Assembly (NCBI GenBank): GCA_934654475.1
Contig: CAKUFZ010000002.1
Location: forward strand, 86-64,085
Source: an uncultured Coriobacteriales bacterium
GTDB taxonomy: Bacteria; Actinomycetota; Coriobacteriia; Coriobacteriales; UMGS124
Direction of reading: 5' to 3'
DNA length: 64,000 bases
Part shown: one piece after another, positions 62,407-64,000 of the stretch
How the letters are laid out: every line of letters begins with the position of its first letter
Numbering within the stretch: position 1 is the first letter of the stretch
Translations under genes and position numbers: made by a program
The notes under the pieces: model-generated
What the model saw: the letters and a program-made list of their open reading frames with translations, nothing else
What the model was told of the DNA's origin: nothing
The model's database searches: none

Positions 62407-63546
62407 ATGAAGGTTCAACTGGGAGGGCTCATGGGCCATATGGAAACAGCGTTCAAGAACATTACAACCCTGAGGGTCGGCGGTCCCATCGCCGATTTCC
62501 GCAGCGCATCCTCCCCCGCCGAGCTTGCGCAGATTGTCACGCAGGCCGACGCACAGTCGACGCCTTTGGTTGTCGTGGGCTGCGGCTCAAACCTGCTGGC
62601 TGGCGACGGCCTCTTTGAGGGCACCGTCGTGCGTGCCTGCGACACCGCGGGACCCGTGGCTTTGGCCAACGCCGCCGGCGACGAGGGCGTCCGCGTCAAG
62701 GTGAACGTGGGATGTGTGTGGGACGACTTCGTGCGCTGGTGCGTGGAGCGCGACCTGGCAGGGCTTGAGGCGCTGAGCGGCATCCCAGGCCAGATCGGCA
62801 GCGCCGTCATGCAAAACCTGGGCGCCTACGGACAGGAAATCGGCACGTGCCTCACGAGCGCCACGCTGCTCGACCGCACCACAGGCGTCGTGGATGTCGT
62901 GGGCCGCGACCGGCTCGGCCTGGGATATCGCACGAGCATGCTGCGCCGAAGCATGGACGAGGGCCAAGACGGCGGCCGCTGGGCGGCCACTCCGCGCTGG
63001 GTTGTTCTCGACGCCGAATTCACTTTGCACAAGCAGGCCCGCAACCACGTGGACCACGCACAGCTCGCCCGTGCCTTGGGCTGCGAGACGGGATGCGAGA
63101 TGGAGCTCGGGGCGATTCGCGACTCGGTGTATGAGGTGCGCGCAAGCAAGGGCATGGTCGCAGACCCCGACCCCGAGGGTCCCTCCCCCATCTATGACCG
63201 CTGGTCAAGCGGCTCGTTCTTCACCAACCCCGTCTTGACGCGCGAGCAAGCCGCCGCACAGCTGCCCGAGGGCGCGCCCCTCTATCCCGCGCATGACGAC
63301 GCGCATGTGAAGACCTCCGCCGCCTGGCTCATCGACCAGGCAGGCTTCCACAAGGGCTGGGGCGTGCACGGCGAAGCTTCGAAGGCCACGTTGAGCACCC
63401 TGCACACGCTTGCGATGACCAACAGGGGCCATGCCACAAGCGCCGACGTCGTCGAGCTTGCACAGGCAGTGAAGGACGGCGTGTACGACAGGTTCGGCGT
63501 GACCCTGCGCCCCGAGACCGTGTTCGTAGGCACCTCGCTGCACTAA
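62407..63546 (+). CDS. murB: UDP-N-acetylenolpyruvoylglucosamine reductase
   Basis: 379 aa with an FAD-binding N-terminus (TTLRVGGPIADF, VVVGCGSNLL) and SGSFFTNP. The start is uncertain, with alternative ATGs at 62431 and 62440. Confidence 0.9.
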   Translation: MKVQLGGLMGHMETAFKNITTLRVGGPIADFRSASSPAELAQIVTQADAQSTPLVVVGCGSNLLAGDGLFEGTVVRACDTAGPVALANAAGDEGVRVKVNVGCVWDDFVRWCVERDLAGLEALSGIPGQIGSAVMQNLGAYGQEIGTCLTSATLLDRTTGVVDVVGRDRLGLGYRTSMLRRSMDEGQDGGRWAATPRWVVLDAEFTLHKQARNHVDHAQLARALGCETGCEMELGAIRDSVYEVRASKGMVADPDPEGPSPIYDRWSSGSFFTNPVLTREQAAAQLPEGAPLYPAHDDAHVKTSAAWLIDQAGFHKGWGVHGEASKATLSTLHTLAMTNRGHATSADVVELAQAVKDGVYDRFGVTLRPETVFVGTSLH

Positions 63547-63604
63547 CAAGGGACCGCGCTCGCCAGGTGGCTCGACCCTTCGCTTCCCAGGTGCGCCAAA
63601 CACG

Positions 63605-63642
63605 AAAAGCCCCCGCTTGCTTCAATGCAAACGGGGGCTTCT
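63605..63642. terminator. Bidirectional hairpin terminator between convergent murB and efp
   Basis: Stem gcccccg (63609-63615) / cgggggc (63632-63638) plus an inner ttgc/gcaa pairing. It is flanked by aaaa on the left and ttcttt on the right. Confidence 0.75.
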
Positions 63643-63681
63643 TTGCAAGCCTCAGATGGGAAGGAATCCCAGCTCGGAAGA

Positions 63682-64000
63682 CTAGACGCGGGAGATGTAC
63701 TTGGCCTCGCGGGTGTCAACCTTGATGCGGTCGCCCACGTTGACGAACATGGGGACCTGAACGGTGGCGCCGGTCTCAACGACAGCGGGCTTGGTGCCGG
63801 ACTGGACGGTGTCGCCCTTGAAGCCAGGCTCGGTCTCGGTGATCTCGACCTCGATGAACATGGGGGGCTGGACAGCGTAGAGCACGCCGTTGGCGTACTG
63901 CATCAGGCAGACGTCGTTCTCCTTGAGCCACTTGGCGTCGTCGCCCACGGTAGCGGTCTCAACGGGAATCTGCTCGTAGGAGTCGTTGTCCATGAACCAG
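63682..64000 (-). CDS. efp: Elongation factor P, C-terminal part (gene runs off the window end)
   Basis: The translation ...MDNDSYEQIPV..GDTVQSGTKPAVVETGATVQVPMFVNVGDRIKVDTREAKYISRV matches EF-P domains II-III. The Met at 63993 is internal. Confidence 0.9.
   Translation of the reverse strand, partial: WFMDNDSYEQIPVETATVGDDAKWLKENDVCLMQYANGVLYAVQPPMFIEVEITETEPGFKGDTVQSGTKPAVVETGATVQVPMFVNVGDRIKVDTREAKYISRV

Overview
This is a 64-kb window of very GC-rich bacterial chromosome. Gene content and order suggest an anaerobic Actinomycetota or Coriobacteriia-like organism, but that taxonomic call is inference. Nearly all genes are on the minus strand.

Two housekeeping runs flank the window. The left run (1-25.7 kb) holds iorAB, three tandem NlpC/P60 hydrolases, a MerR plus FHA pair, a DD-carboxypeptidase, tRNA-Pro(GGG), recX-recA, a pgsA-cinA fusion, rimO, yajQ, a RodZ-like gene, ftsK, rnj, dapB, pnp and rpsO. 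The right run (52.3-64 kb) holds an mtaB-like gene, two dnaJ paralogs, hemW, dus, lepA, rpsT, cca, murB and a partial efp.

Between them lies a visibly lower-GC accessory block of about 26.6 kb (25.7-52.3 kb). It contains:
- a tandem AgrC-like (HPK10-type) sensor-kinase pair;
- an AAA-ATPase/PD-(D/E)XK gene;
- a tightly packed 14-gene minus-strand operon (29735-47915);
- a radical-SAM/SPASM maturase with a six-cysteine precursor peptide;
- a LytTR response regulator whose upstream region carries perfect 9-bp direct repeats with a 12-bp spacer, next to a G11/C11 homopolymer.

The 14-gene operon is my main candidate for an undescribed system. It encodes an unknown 473-aa protein, a double zinc-ribbon FHA protein, an orphan NrdG-like radical-SAM activase, a ClpB-D2-like AAA+ ATPase, a PP2C phosphatase and a giant membrane Ser/Thr kinase. 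It also encodes a YARHG-domain protein, a YqaA-like membrane protein, an atypical TM-less FtsK/SpoIIIE ATPase, three small helical proteins, a nuclease-type polymorphic-toxin-like protein and a Sel1-repeat protein. I read it as a phospho-regulated, non-canonical type VII-like secretion or conflict system.

I saw no integrase, transposase, CRISPR array or rRNA. All domain calls come from motifs read in the ORF translations; no database search was run.
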